A DNA stretch of 64,000 bases from an uncultured cyanobacterium (GCA_963710605.1 CAVQBA010000001.1:224001-288000), one strand, 5' to 3'. Counted from the stretch's first letter, positions 10,251-21,852 are shown. The notes: generated from the sequence alone by a model not told the origin. A program made the numbers and translations.

Positions 10251-11852
10251 TTAAAAAATAGGATTTCTAAAAGGATTTAACCATCTAGGAATTGGAGAGA
10301 TAGGAATTGGAGGGATAGTAGGAATGTCAAATGTAGGATTTGGTTGTGGTAGTGGTGGTAGTGGTGGTAGTGGTTGTTGTTGCGGACTAATCATTGGTAC
10401 CGCAGGTATTGCGATGCAAAAATTATTAAATTCGTCTGAGTCTTTCCAACGAAATTTTAGTTCGGTGACATTTTTATATCCTCTCGTATGATGTCTATAT
10501 TCTATTCTTCTGTTAAGTTTTGTTGGCTGTAAATCAATCGTTGGTAGAGGACCTGATTTTCCAACAGATATCAAACTGGCTTGTCCACCTTCTCTTTCTC
10601 CTTGTCTTAGACTTGCGAAACTACCATTAACTTTTAATTTATAAGTTAAACTCCAAGCTGAAACAGGGAAATTTGGATTATTACGATCTGTTGTTAATCG
10701 ATTAGTGGCTATATTTTCTCGTGTTGTTATGCTTTTAAAAGCAATTAAAGCTCTGCTATATGCCTGTGCATAATTTTTATATACCGTTTTACTTTGATAG
10801 CCACTTGGTATTTTGCCTATAGTATTAGGAGAAGGTTCAAAAGTATTTAAAAGTGTTGTTAACTCTGCTGATGCTAACCCAAAAGGATCGATCGCATTAA
10901 CGGGATTGTTATCAACATACCCATATAAATTATAAGTCCCACTATCAAAAGAAATAGGATCGACACTGATAAACCTGCCAGTCTTACCATTATAATATCT
11001 GGCTCTGTAATAGTATAAATCTATCTCCTCATCCCATTCACGTCCAGTAAAGCGATAACGACTATCAACAGACGCATCAGTTTCCGATACCACATTGCCA
11101 TAAGAATCATAAGTAAGATGATTGACCACATCCCCAGTGTTATCCACTAAATCACGAATCGTACCTAAATGGTCAGTTAAAAGCCAAGTTATATTACCAT
11201 TGCTATCCTCTTGAGCTAAAACTTGGTCAATACCTGCACCATGAAGATAACGCATATCCAACTCCACACCGCTACCATCATCGACAAAATCAAGAATTAC
11301 ATCCTCCCTGTCGTAAACAAAATAAGTCGCAATACCATCAACCACTTTTGATAACCTTTGCCCAAACATATCGTAACTAAACTCAACAGTTTGTGACACA
11401 TTATTACTACTATCAAAGTCAGTTACTGCCACCAAGCGATTGAGATAATCCCATTCAAATAGCCTGACCTCACCTGTAGCAATGGTAGTTTGAGAAATTA
11501 GATTACCCTCATCATCATAATCATAGTTATATACTCCATCAGAGAGTAACTCATTATTAACTCCTGTGTCATAGCCTGTTATAGTACGATTACCATTATC
11601 ATCGTAGGAATAAGTTTCATCATCATTATCAATATCGCTGTGAGTAGCGTTTAATAATTGATTACAATCGTCATAAGTAAAACTAGAAGTACCATCAACA
11701 TCGATAAGACTTAAAAGATTACCAACTGCATCGTAGGTATAAGTCGTTGTGAAATTTTCACTATCAGTTTGAGTTATTAGACGATTAATCTTATCATAGG
11801 AATAAGTGGTAAGATTACCTAGCCCATCAATCATTGTAATAATCTTACCGAT
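10251..11852 (-). CDS. Orphan Rhs module 2 with unknown C-terminal toxin and Pro-rich tail
   Basis: Core nearly identical to module 1 (about 10885-11704 vs 12835-13655); diverges after IDPFG. Confidence 0.85.
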   Translation of the reverse strand: MGKIITMIDGLGNLTTYSYDKINRLITQTDSENFTTTYTYDAVGNLLSLIDVDGTSSFTYDDCNQLLNATHSDIDNDDETYSYDDNGNRTITGYDTGVNNELLSDGVYNYDYDDEGNLISQTTIATGEVRLFEWDYLNRLVAVTDFDSSNNVSQTVEFSYDMFGQRLSKVVDGIATYFVYDREDVILDFVDDGSGVELDMRYLHGAGIDQVLAQEDSNGNITWLLTDHLGTIRDLVDNTGDVVNHLTYDSYGNVVSETDASVDSRYRFTGREWDEEIDLYYYRARYYNGKTGRFISVDPISFDSGTYNLYGYVDNNPVNAIDPFGLASAELTTLLNTFEPSPNTIGKIPSGYQSKTVYKNYAQAYSRALIAFKSITTRENIATNRLTTDRNNPNFPVSAWSLTYKLKVNGSFASLRQGEREGGQASLISVGKSGPLPTIDLQPTKLNRRIEYRHHTRGYKNVTELKFRWKDSDEFNNFCIAIPAVPMISPQQQPLPPLPPLPQPNPTFDIPTIPPIPISPIPRWLNPFRNPIF

Positions 11853-11881
11853 TACACCTAACTATAAAAGAGACAATCATA

Positions 11882-12256
11882 TTAAAGACATGTAAGATAG
11901 TATTGAGCTCTAATAGTAGATAAAGTATCATTTTCATCTACAGTCCAATGGATTATCCAATCATCTCTACATATAAAGCCTGATATAGAAAAAGATGCTA
12001 CTTTTTCAGAAGTTACATTTGACGTGTCAAGAGAAAATCCTTGTTTAGATAAACTTTCAACTATTACAGTATTATTTATTCCTATTGGAAATGCATCATT
12101 GACCCTTTCTTTAAATTCTGTTTGAGCTACTAAATAATTTGAAGGAAGATTACGTGCCATTGAAGGAGTTTTTTGATAATTCCATAACCTGATTACAATT
12201 ATCAGAATAATAAATCCAAATATAATCATTAAAAATATTTTGATATGTTTTATCAT
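11882..12256 (-). CDS. Putative membrane-anchored immunity protein of Rhs module 1
   Basis: N-terminal hydrophobic helix, two Cys, directly after module 1. Confidence 0.65.
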   Translation of the reverse strand: MIKHIKIFLMIIFGFIILIIVIRLWNYQKTPSMARNLPSNYLVAQTEFKERVNDAFPIGINNTVIVESLSKQGFSLDTSNVTSEKVASFSISGFICRDDWIIHWTVDENDTLSTIRAQYYLTCL

Positions 12257-12307
12257 TTTTTATATTTTTGTAAATTTTGAAGTAGTTTATAAAGAGTAGA
12301 TTTGAGT

Positions 12308-15300
12308 TTAAGGATAAATACTAGTTCCTATATTTTTTGATTTTACACCTGTAAAAATATCTATTTCCCAGGCGGGAGGATCAATACCAACTTTAGGAAA
12401 AGGACGTAATAACTGTGGTAAAGCCAATTCTAAAATAGTAAATGCTGCCGAATTACTATTTTTTAAAAAAGGGTTATAATTAATGTCTGAATTGGTGATT
12501 ATTTGAGAATATGCTTTAGTTTTAGAGAGTATAGATGGTGCATATTTAAGGCAATCTTCTTCATAAACAATTTGTCTTTGAGCTATTTGTGAAGATTTAC
12601 TATAAGGTATATCCTCTTGCATAATTACTTTTCCAAATCCAAATGAACCACCAGCACTACCACTACTAGAAAGCGTATTACTTACTTGAAGAGAACCTCC
12701 TTGTTCTGGTTCACCAATAAATCCTCTACTTCCTAACATATCTGTAATAAGAATTTCAGCGTGGTGTTTAAGACCGCCAGACAAATTAATATATACTAGT
12801 TCTACTTTAAAATGTTGTTTATTTTGTCCAGAAGGATCGATCGCATTAACAGGATTATTATCAACATACCCATACAAATTATAAGTACCACTATCAAAAG
12901 AAATAGGATCGACACTAATAAACCTTCCAGTCTCCCCATTATAATATCTGGCTCGGTAGTAATAGAGTTCTATTTCTTCATCCCACTCTCTTCCAGTAAA
13001 GCGATAACGACTGTCAACAGTAGCATTAGTTTCTGATACCACATTACCATAGGAGTCATAAGTTAAATGATTGACCACATCACCGCTATTATCTACCAAA
13101 TCACGAATCGTACCTAAATGGTCAGTTAAAAACCAAGTGACATTACCATCACTATCCTCTTGTGCCAAAACTTCATCAATACCCGCACCATGAAGATAAC
13201 GCATATCTAACTCCACACCGCTACCATCATCGACAAAATCAAGAATTACATCCTCCCTATCATATACAAAATAAGTCGCAACCCCATCAACTACCTTTGA
13301 TAAACGTTGACCAAACATATCGTAACTAAATTCAACAGTTTGAATAACATCATTATCACTATCAAAGTCAGTTACTGCCACCAAGCGATCGAGATAATCC
13401 CATTCAAATAACCTAACCTCACCTGTAGCAATAGTAGTTTGAGAAATTAAATTACCTTCATTATCATAATCATAGTTATATACTCCATCAGAGAGTAATT
13501 CATTATTAACTCCTGTGTCATAGTCAGTTAAAGTACGATTACCATTATCATCATAGGAATAAATTTCATCGTCATTATCAATATCACTATGAGTAGCGTT
13601 TAACAGTTGGTCACGGGTATCATAAGCAAAAGTATTCGTGCTGTCAACATCGATAATTTGAGTAATACGACTACCCGCATCATAAGTTAAATCGTAGAAA
13701 GCGACATCATTAATACCATTATTATGAATTAAATTGGTTAGACGATTAGCACCGTCATAATCATAACTACTACTGACAAGCAAATTTGTATCAGTTAAAT
13801 CAGAATAACGATCGATCCTCTCATACTGACCAACACCGTTATAATCAAAATCTACTCGTTTATCTTCTACCCCATTACCCGATTGAGTCAAAGAGGTAAG
13901 ACGGTTAAGACGATCGTAATCATAAGTGGTAATACCGCTATCAATACCATTAATAGAATCAGAAACAGAAATGATATTACCTTGCTCGTCATAATTATAA
14001 GTTAAAACAACGTTAGGAACATCTGGAGTATTTGCATTATCAACAGTTTCTATACGCCCCATCACGTCGTAAGTATAATTATAAGTAGCGTCAGGATTAG
14101 TAATAAAGATTAACTCATTACCTGCATTATAAGAGGAAGTCGTCGAGTAAATAGGGAGGGAGTTATCATCGAGCCAAATCTCTTCTATTTGGCGGTTTAA
14201 ATTGTCGTAGCTAAAGGCTCTAACTCGATCGTTACGGTCAATAGTACGAGTTAGATTATTAGCCTCATCATAGGCAAAAGTACGAGACAAACTAAGCTCA
14301 TTAGTTTCAGTGATGACACGATTACGAGCATCGTAAGTATAACTAGTTTGATTATTAACAGAGTCAGTTACCGATAAAACATTACCAACATCATCATAGG
14401 TAGTAGTGGTAATAATATCATCACCACCATCGATGACATTACGCATCAGGATTTGTCGGTTTCGAGCATCATACTCGTATTCAGTACGATTACCGTTCCC
14501 ATCGATCGTCGCAGTGACATTACCTACTTTGTCGTATTCATAACGAGTAATATTACCTTCACCATCAGTAACTTTAATTTGTCGTCCTAAATCGTCATAT
14601 TCAAATTCAGTACGATTATCGTTTCCGTCGATAAGAGCAATTAACTGATTAGCTCGATCGTATTCATACTTAGTTTCGTTGCCTTCAGCATCAATTTCTC
14701 TGATTAATCGATCGCGATAATCATAGATATTAGTAGTTAAATTTCCAGTTTGATCAGTAGTAGAAACTAAATTATTGTTATTATTATCGTAATGAGCTTC
14801 GGTTGTGTTACCGTCAGGTTGAATAATTTCTACCAATCGATTACGACTATCGTAAATATAACGAGTTTCTCGGTTAAGAGGATCGATTGTAGAAACTAGA
14901 TTACCATTACCATCATAAGTATTAATCGTAACAGGATTGCTTAACGGACCTGCACCATCAGGATCGGCTTCGATGACTTTAATTAAACGATCTTGAGTAT
15001 CATAAACATATTCAGTGACATTACCTAACCCATCGGTCATGATAATTAGATTACCATTATCATCATAATCCATCATTTCTACTGCTTCATCTGATGCACT
15101 ACCTACAGCATATCTAGTTTCAATTAATCGATTAGCATTATCGTATTCGTATTCAGTACGATTATTGTTTTCATCGATATATACTATTTGATTACCAGCA
15201 GTATCGTATTCGTATTTAACGATCGCCTCCTCACTGGTACCTACGGCATAGATAATTTCAATTAAATTACCTGTATCGAGATGATAATTATAATCAGTAA

Positions 15301-16490
15301 TCTGACCGTTAGCATCAGTCATTTTATCGATTAACCCAGCATTCGTATAGGCATAGCGAGTCATAACGTCATCAGTTTCGCCATTACTAGGAGCATCTAA
15401 TTCCCCGACAACTCTGGTAGTAGAGACTACGTTCCCATTATCCGAATCAATCTCATAAAGAGTAACTCGACCAATTTCATCAGTATAGCTAGTTAGTTGA
15501 TTGAAAACAGGCTCATAAGTATAAAAACGTTCGTTAAACTCACCATTTTGTTGATTAATTAAGACAGAAATATTATAGTCGTTGGGGTTAACGGTTATAA
15601 TATCAAAGTCTCCATCGGTATTAACATCGACTAATAAAAAGTCTGCAAAAGAGTTACCTACCTCAAAATGATTCAAAGAGTTGAAACTTCCTTCACCATC
15701 TCCTAACCAAACAATAATAGAATTATTAGCAATATCTGGTACAGTTGGATTGCCTCCTAGATAATTAGTGACTAAATCTAGTCGTCCATCTCCATTCAAA
15801 TCAGCAAAAGCGACATTTATTGGTCTTGAGCCTTCTGGTAGAGAATAAGTAGAAAGCCGAGTAAAAGTCCCATTTTCATTCCCTTTTATTACGACTATCT
15901 GATTTTGAGAAGTACTAACGATCGCCATTTCAAGTTTACCATCTCCATTAATATCTTTCAAAGCTAATGAATCGACATCACTGGTAAAACTAAAATTACT
16001 TTGAAAAGACAGAGTACCATCTCCATTACCATTTAGTATCGAAATACTATCAGAAAAATAGTTGGTAGTTATTACGTCTTGGTTTCCATCATCATCAATG
16101 TCTTCTATGGTTATAGAAATTACTTCATCATCAAGTTCTTGATTGATTGGTTGTTCAAAAGTACCATCTCCATTACCTAAAGAGACACCGAGGAAGTAAT
16201 CTTCTTCTTCATACCCACCACCTTCAATTCGATAACCACTGATTAAGTCTAAATTTCCATCAAGATCTATATCAGCAATTGAGATAGTATCAATCCAAAT
16301 TGAATCGATTACATAATTATCGAATTCAACAAAAGTACTATCACCATAACTAGCCGTTACACTATTACCACTCTCGGTCATTAAGACTAAAGGAGGAGAT
16401 AATGGATTAATAGTCTGTGTAGGTAAATATAAACCTTTTTGTACCTCTACTGGTTGAATATTGATGGTTGTGCCATCTTTACGTACTGAT
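12308..16490 (-). CDS. 5'-truncated large Rhs/YD protein with FG-GAP/VCBS repeats and C-terminal toxin (module 1)
   Basis: DxNGDGxxD repeats, long YD array, FTGREWD, IDPSG; frame stays open and Rhs-like upstream of ATG 16381 until it meets cvrA. Confidence 0.9.
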
Positions 16491-16785
16491 TGAGATAGTG
16501 CCTGTAGCAGTGGTAATTGCTATGTTTTTAATCTTTGTTGCTCGTCCTTTAAGTGTCTTTATTTGTACGATTTTTAATCAATACAATCGGTCAGAAAAGT
16601 TATTTATTTCTTGGGTTGGTTTAAGAGGTTCTGTGCCTATTATTTTGGCGATCGCTCCTATTACAGCCCAAATCGAAAATGCAACGGTTATTTTTAATGT
16701 CGTATTTTTTATCGTTTTGATTTCAGTCTCAGTTCAAGGTTTGACTTTAGTACCGATCGCCAAATACTTAAAATTAGATCAGTAA
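16486..16785 (+). pseudogene. cvrA: C-terminal fragment of CvrA/NhaP2-type K+/H+ antiporter
   Basis: FLIFVARPLSV, EKLFISWVGLRGSVPIILA, FNVVFFIVLISVSVQGLTL. Confidence 0.88.
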
Positions 16786-16869
16786 AACACAATTCGCAGT
16801 TATAATTACGAATCTACTCTGAGTATTCTTGATTTTTCAGTAAATTTATTTAGTTAAGCTATCAAATGT

Positions 16870-17397
16870 TTAATCGTCTTCTTTGACTGAATACTCAAAA
16901 GGAAAGTCATTTTTTAATTGAATTAATTCGTCTCTGTGAGCTTGAATGGTAATAACAGTATTCTCAGTTGATTCTTGCTCATAATTATCCAAACGAAAAG
17001 CTACTTGTTCGACTCTTGATGAGCCTTGCCAATAAAAATAGCCAGCTAAAGGTGCTAAAACCAAAAGAATTAAAAATGCCGTTGATGAAGTAGAAAAGAG
17101 CATTGATAATACTAAAGCCAAACAAAACAAACCACAACTAGCTAAAAAACTTAATAAGACAGCTAAAAAAATACTCGGTGCAACTAATCCTTCTAAAGTT
17201 ACTTTATTTGTTTCGGTATCGATCGCTTTTACTTGATAAGATCGATCGATAAAATAACTACGTAAATAACTCAAAATATTATCAGAAGTATCTACGCAAT
17301 TGAGAGTAACAATTTCAGTTCTATCCTTAGTGCTTGCTCTAATAAAAAAGAATAAACCGATCGTTAATAGGATAGTCAAGATAAAAGTAGATGTCAT
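16870..17397 (-). CDS. ccb1: Cofactor assembly of complex C subunit B (CCB1, DUF3529)
   Basis: GLFFFIRAS.KDRT, EG.V.PS.FLA, AHRDEL motifs. Confidence 0.8.
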   Translation of the reverse strand: MTSTFILTILLTIGLFFFIRASTKDRTEIVTLNCVDTSDNILSYLRSYFIDRSYQVKAIDTETNKVTLEGLVAPSIFLAVLLSFLASCGLFCLALVLSMLFSTSSTAFLILLVLAPLAGYFYWQGSSRVEQVAFRLDNYEQESTENTVITIQAHRDELIQLKNDFPFEYSVKEDD

Positions 17398-17449
17398 TAT
17401 AGTTAAGAGTTAACAGTTAAAAGTTAATAAGTGAGATAATTGTCAATTG

Positions 17450-19120
17450 TCAATTGTCAATTGTTGTCTGTGTTTTTACTACAGGTAATTGAGCTAGAGG
17501 AATGATTAAAGTAACAGTCGAGCCTAAATTTTCGCCCATACTATAAAACGAAATTTTCCCCCCCATTCCTTCTACTAAACGCCTAGAGATTGATAACCCC
17601 AAACCAGTACCACCGTAGGCTTTAGTTCTAAATCCATCAACTTGATAAAAATTTTCAAATAGTCTTTCTTGTTTATCTAAAGAGACACCAATACCGCTAT
17701 CTTCAACCCGAATTTTAATCATTCCGGGTAAAACTTTTTCTCGATAGGTAACAGGGGTAATAATAATTTCGACATTAATACTGATATTGCCTTCGGTAGT
17801 AAATTTTAAAGAATTACTCAACAAATTGAGCATAACTTGTAATAACCTTTGGTAATCAGCATGAAGCAAAATTTGATCATAAGTAGGGGGAAGATTAATT
17901 TCAAAACGGAGATTTTTCTTTCGGGCTTGATTGTGACCAAATTTATAAATATCTTCGCAAACTTTATTTAAAGAAATAGAATCTAAATCAAATTCCATTT
18001 TTCCGGCTTCGATTTTGGCAATATCTAAAATGTCATTAATCAGATTAAGTAAATGTAAAGCCGATTCATAAGCTTGAGTGATAAATTCTCGCTCTTCTTC
18101 TATATCATCTGCCATATCATCCAGAATTAGTTTCAGAAAACCTAAAATACCATTAAGAGGCGTTCTTAATTCGTGACTAGTACTTGCTAAAAATTCACTT
18201 TTAAGACGATTAGATTCTTCAGCTTGAATATTAGCACTCTCTAGTTTTTGGTATAAAGTGGCATGGGCCATTACTGTACCGACTTGATCACCTAATTCTT
18301 GAACTAGTTCTAATTCTGCTTGATACCAAAAGCGAACTTTGTCTAATTCAGACAAACAAATTAAACCGTTTAATTCTTGCTGATAAAAAGTAGGTACTAA
18401 TAAAATCGATCGAGCTTGAAAAAAATTATGCTCACCACCGAACAAAATTTCGGGTTGCCCAGAAGAAGAAATAGCTTTAACTATTTGAGGATAATCATTA
18501 ATCTTTAAACGATGTCCGAGTAAAGAATGACTATCACTTTTTTTATATTCTGCCTTAACTTCCAAATAATCCATTTCTGTAGTCGGTGTCAGTAAAAAAC
18601 ATTGATCAACTTTTAATTCTGTACCGATGTTGTCAACAGTTTTTTGCCAAATGGTTTCTAAATCTAAAGAGCGACGTATTTTACGGGCAATATTAGTTAA
18701 TAATTGTTGATAAGGATCAGGATTAGTCGGTAATGCGGAAGTAGAATCAACGATCGAATCATGATTAGGTAAATGATGTCCTATCACTAATACTTTATCA
18801 GCATTGCCATCTGCTAAGATAATCGGACTAATTATTAACTCAAAAGTTAAAGTGTAATTATGATACTCAAAAAGACAATGACATTGTTCAGGAATTTTAC
18901 GATTTAAAACTCGTTTTATTCTTTGTAAATAAATATCTTGTCTTTGGGGTTTTAAAACAGTAGAAAATGAAGTCTTTTGTTTTTGGTGATGGGTTAACTC
19001 AATCAAAGAAGACTGCCAATGAAAAGAAAGGTATTCTCCTTCACTCGATTGAATAAAAACTAATTCTGCACCTAAATGTGATAAGTCTTGACAATTGTAG
19101 GTGATTTGATTCAAATTCAT
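17450..19120 (-). CDS. GAF-domain sensor histidine kinase
   Basis: IRRSLDL GAF, SHELRTPL H-box, DSGIG and GGTGLGL. Confidence 0.92.
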   Translation of the reverse strand: MNLNQITYNCQDLSHLGAELVFIQSSEGEYLSFHWQSSLIELTHHQKQKTSFSTVLKPQRQDIYLQRIKRVLNRKIPEQCHCLFEYHNYTLTFELIISPIILADGNADKVLVIGHHLPNHDSIVDSTSALPTNPDPYQQLLTNIARKIRRSLDLETIWQKTVDNIGTELKVDQCFLLTPTTEMDYLEVKAEYKKSDSHSLLGHRLKINDYPQIVKAISSSGQPEILFGGEHNFFQARSILLVPTFYQQELNGLICLSELDKVRFWYQAELELVQELGDQVGTVMAHATLYQKLESANIQAEESNRLKSEFLASTSHELRTPLNGILGFLKLILDDMADDIEEEREFITQAYESALHLLNLINDILDIAKIEAGKMEFDLDSISLNKVCEDIYKFGHNQARKKNLRFEINLPPTYDQILLHADYQRLLQVMLNLLSNSLKFTTEGNISINVEIIITPVTYREKVLPGMIKIRVEDSGIGVSLDKQERLFENFYQVDGFRTKAYGGTGLGLSISRRLVEGMGGKISFYSMGENLGSTVTLIIPLAQLPVVKTQTTIDN

Positions 19121-19501
19121 AGATTGTCTTTTTGTGCGTTCTTTAGCTTATCTCTGAACAAGTTAATCAAAAATCGATTTTAGTGATTCAAATATACTTT
19201 TATTACTAATTATTCTGGCGAATTGACTTTAGATAGTAATAAATAAGATTGTTATTTGTTTTTTTTAAACTATTTACTTTTCTGGAGTTATCGATCGAAT
19301 AGATAAATATTTTTTAATCAATTAATTAGTCTTTGGTCATATTTTAGCAAAAAATCGTCATTAAAAAAAAAGAGATTAATCAACAACTTTACTTAATTAA
19401 GACATAAATGCTTTTTGGCTGAGGAAAAAAGTAATTGTTCAATCAACATTTTTCCCGCCTTTTGCTTTTGTGTAGTCAGTCGTTTAATCATCAATTAATA
19501 A

Positions 19502-19732
19502 TTAATCGTTCCATTCACCTCTAGGAGGCACAGGAGGATTACGGCGTAAACTACGAGTTAGATCATCATCTTGTTGTCTTTCTCCTTTAAGCCATTGTTT
19601 AAGTGCTGATTCAATTACTTTACTCGGATCGTTAGTTAGATGCTTAATTTTGTTGGCTAGCTCAGAATCAAGATGGATGGAAATTTCTACTTTCTCATTG
19701 TTGCGTGTCTGTGACAAAGTGTTATCATTCAT
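19502..19732 (-). CDS. Conserved small cyanobacterial protein (possible ribbon-helix-helix)
   Basis: HLTNDPSKVIE...PVPPRGEWND. Confidence 0.7.
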   Translation of the reverse strand: MNDNTLSQTRNNEKVEISIHLDSELANKIKHLTNDPSKVIESALKQWLKGERQQDDDLTRSLRRNPPVPPRGEWND

Positions 19733-19888
19733 ATAATAATATTTGATTAAACTTATATATATTAATTGTACAAAATTATACTCTTCCTATTGTTCCCTAT
19801 TTTCAGTTATTTCTCTACAAAGATATTAAAATAAGTTAAGATACATTAATTTTTTATTCATTATCATTCATTATTTAAAATAAAATCT

Positions 19889-21703
19889 ATGACTTCTGTT
19901 CCTGTTAAACGATTGCGTAATTTTTGTATTATTGCTCACATTGACCACGGAAAATCTACCTTAGCAGACCGTTTACTACAGGAAACAGGTACTGTAGAAG
20001 TCAGAGATATGAAGGCTCAATTTCTTGACAGTATGGATATTGAAAGAGAAAGAGGTATCACGATTAAACTGCAAGCGGCACGGATGAACTACACCGCAAC
20101 CGATGGCGAGGAATACGTACTCAATTTGATCGATACTCCCGGACACGTTGATTTTTCTTATGAAGTATCTCGCTCTCTCGCCGCTTGCGAAGGTGCATTA
20201 TTAGTGGTAGATGCCTCTCAAGGGGTAGAAGCTCAAACTTTAGCTAATGTCTATTTAGCCTTAGAAAATGATTTAGAAATTATTCCGATTTTAAATAAAA
20301 TTGATTTACCCGGGGCTGAGCCAGAACGAGTAATTCAAGAAATAGAAGATGTAGTTGGTTTAGATTGTACTGATATTATTTATGCTTCTGCTAAAAGCGG
20401 TTTGGGTGTTGATAAAATTTTAGAATCGATCGTTAAACTAGTACCTCCTCCTCCTGAAACGATCGAAAAACCTCTCAGGGCTTTAATTTTTGATAGTTAT
20501 TATGATGCTTATCGTGGTGTAATTGTCTATTTCCGTATTATGGATGGTAGCTTGAAAAAAAGCGATCGTATTCGTTTGATGGCATCAGGGCAACAACATG
20601 ATATAGATGAGATTGGAATACTCTCACCGGGGCAAGTACCTGTAGATGAATTACACGCAGGAGAAGTGGGTTATCTAGCAGGGGCAATTAAAGAAGTTGG
20701 TGATGCAAGAGTAGGAGATACTATTACCTTAGCTGATAAACAAAAATCGGCAACCGAACCTTTACCCGGTTATACAGAAGCCAAACCAATGGTATTTTGT
20801 GGTTTATTCCCGATCGATAGCGATCAATATCCTGATCTTAAAGAAGCTTTACTTAAACTAACTCTGAATGATGCGGCTTTGTCTTTTGAACCTGAAACCT
20901 CAACGGCGATGGGTTTTGGTTTTAGGTGTGGATTTTTAGGCTTATTACATATGGAGATTGTTCAAGAGCGTTTAGAAAGAGAATATAATTTATCTTTAAT
21001 TACCACCGCTCCTTCGGTTGTATATCAAGTTACAACTACAGACGATGAAGTGATTGAAATAGACAATCCTAGTGCATTACCTGAACCGAACAAAAGAACC
21101 AAAATTGAAGAACCTTATATTAAAATTGAGATTATTACTCCTGAAGAGTATGTTGGTACTTTGATGGATTTATGTCAAACTCGTCGGGGTATTTTTACCG
21201 ATATGCGTTTTTTCACTCATAATCGGACTAATTTAATTTATGAATTACCTTTAGCTGAAGTTGTGACAGACTTTTTTGATCAATTAAAATCTCGCTCTCG
21301 TGGTTATGCTAGTATGGAGTATCAGTTAATTGGTTATCGGGAAAACAATTTGATTCGCTTAGATATATTGGTAAATAAAGATCCCGTTGATGCTTTAGCG
21401 ATGATTGTTCACCGTGATAAGGCTTATAATGTTGGACGTGCTTTAACTGAAAAACTCAAAGAGTTGATACCTAGACATCAGTTTAAAGTACCTATCCAAG
21501 CGTCGATCGGTTCTAAGGTAATTGCCAGTGAACATATTGCGGCTTTACGTAAGGATGTTTTAGCTAAGTGTTATGGTGGTGACATTTCACGGAAGAAAAA
21601 ACTGTTACAAAAACAAGCTAAGGGTAAAAAACGGATGAAATCGATCGGTACTGTTGATGTACCTCAAGAAGCTTTTATGGCAGTCTTGAAACTTGATAAT
21701 TAA
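19889..21703 (+). CDS. lepA: Translation elongation factor 4
   Basis: [28 protein letters not shown]. Confidence 0.98.
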   Translation: MTSVPVKRLRNFCIIAHIDHGKSTLADRLLQETGTVEVRDMKAQFLDSMDIERERGITIKLQAARMNYTATDGEEYVLNLIDTPGHVDFSYEVSRSLAACEGALLVVDASQGVEAQTLANVYLALENDLEIIPILNKIDLPGAEPERVIQEIEDVVGLDCTDIIYASAKSGLGVDKILESIVKLVPPPPETIEKPLRALIFDSYYDAYRGVIVYFRIMDGSLKKSDRIRLMASGQQHDIDEIGILSPGQVPVDELHAGEVGYLAGAIKEVGDARVGDTITLADKQKSATEPLPGYTEAKPMVFCGLFPIDSDQYPDLKEALLKLTLNDAALSFEPETSTAMGFGFRCGFLGLLHMEIVQERLEREYNLSLITTAPSVVYQVTTTDDEVIEIDNPSALPEPNKRTKIEEPYIKIEIITPEEYVGTLMDLCQTRRGIFTDMRFFTHNRTNLIYELPLAEVVTDFFDQLKSRSRGYASMEYQLIGYRENNLIRLDILVNKDPVDALAMIVHRDKAYNVGRALTEKLKELIPRHQFKVPIQASIGSKVIASEHIAALRKDVLAKCYGGDISRKKKLLQKQAKGKKRMKSIGTVDVPQEAFMAVLKLDN

Positions 21704-21852
21704 ATATAACAATTTGAGAGAGATATTCATAAGTGCGTATCATCTGAGAAAATCTTGGATGACACGTATTGCTCTTGTATTGTTAAACTAAAATATCAAA
21801 ATCGATCGACTATAACTCAAAACCCATCCCAAAATAGCTATCTGCTCACAAT

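Larger units (their letters stand above)
1885..16490. mobile_element. Accessory island (GT2, HicAB, Rhs toxin/immunity array) replacing the centre of cvrA
   Basis: Bounded by co-oriented N- and C-terminal cvrA fragments; no integrase or transposase seen. Confidence 0.65.

Noticed and set aside
1885-16490. Developmentally excised element of the nifD/xisA type
   Set aside because: No recombinase or flanking direct repeat, and excision would not restore the missing centre of cvrA
3700-16490. Diversity-generating retroelement explaining the duplicated cores
   Set aside because: No reverse transcriptase, and differences between cores are not adenine-specific
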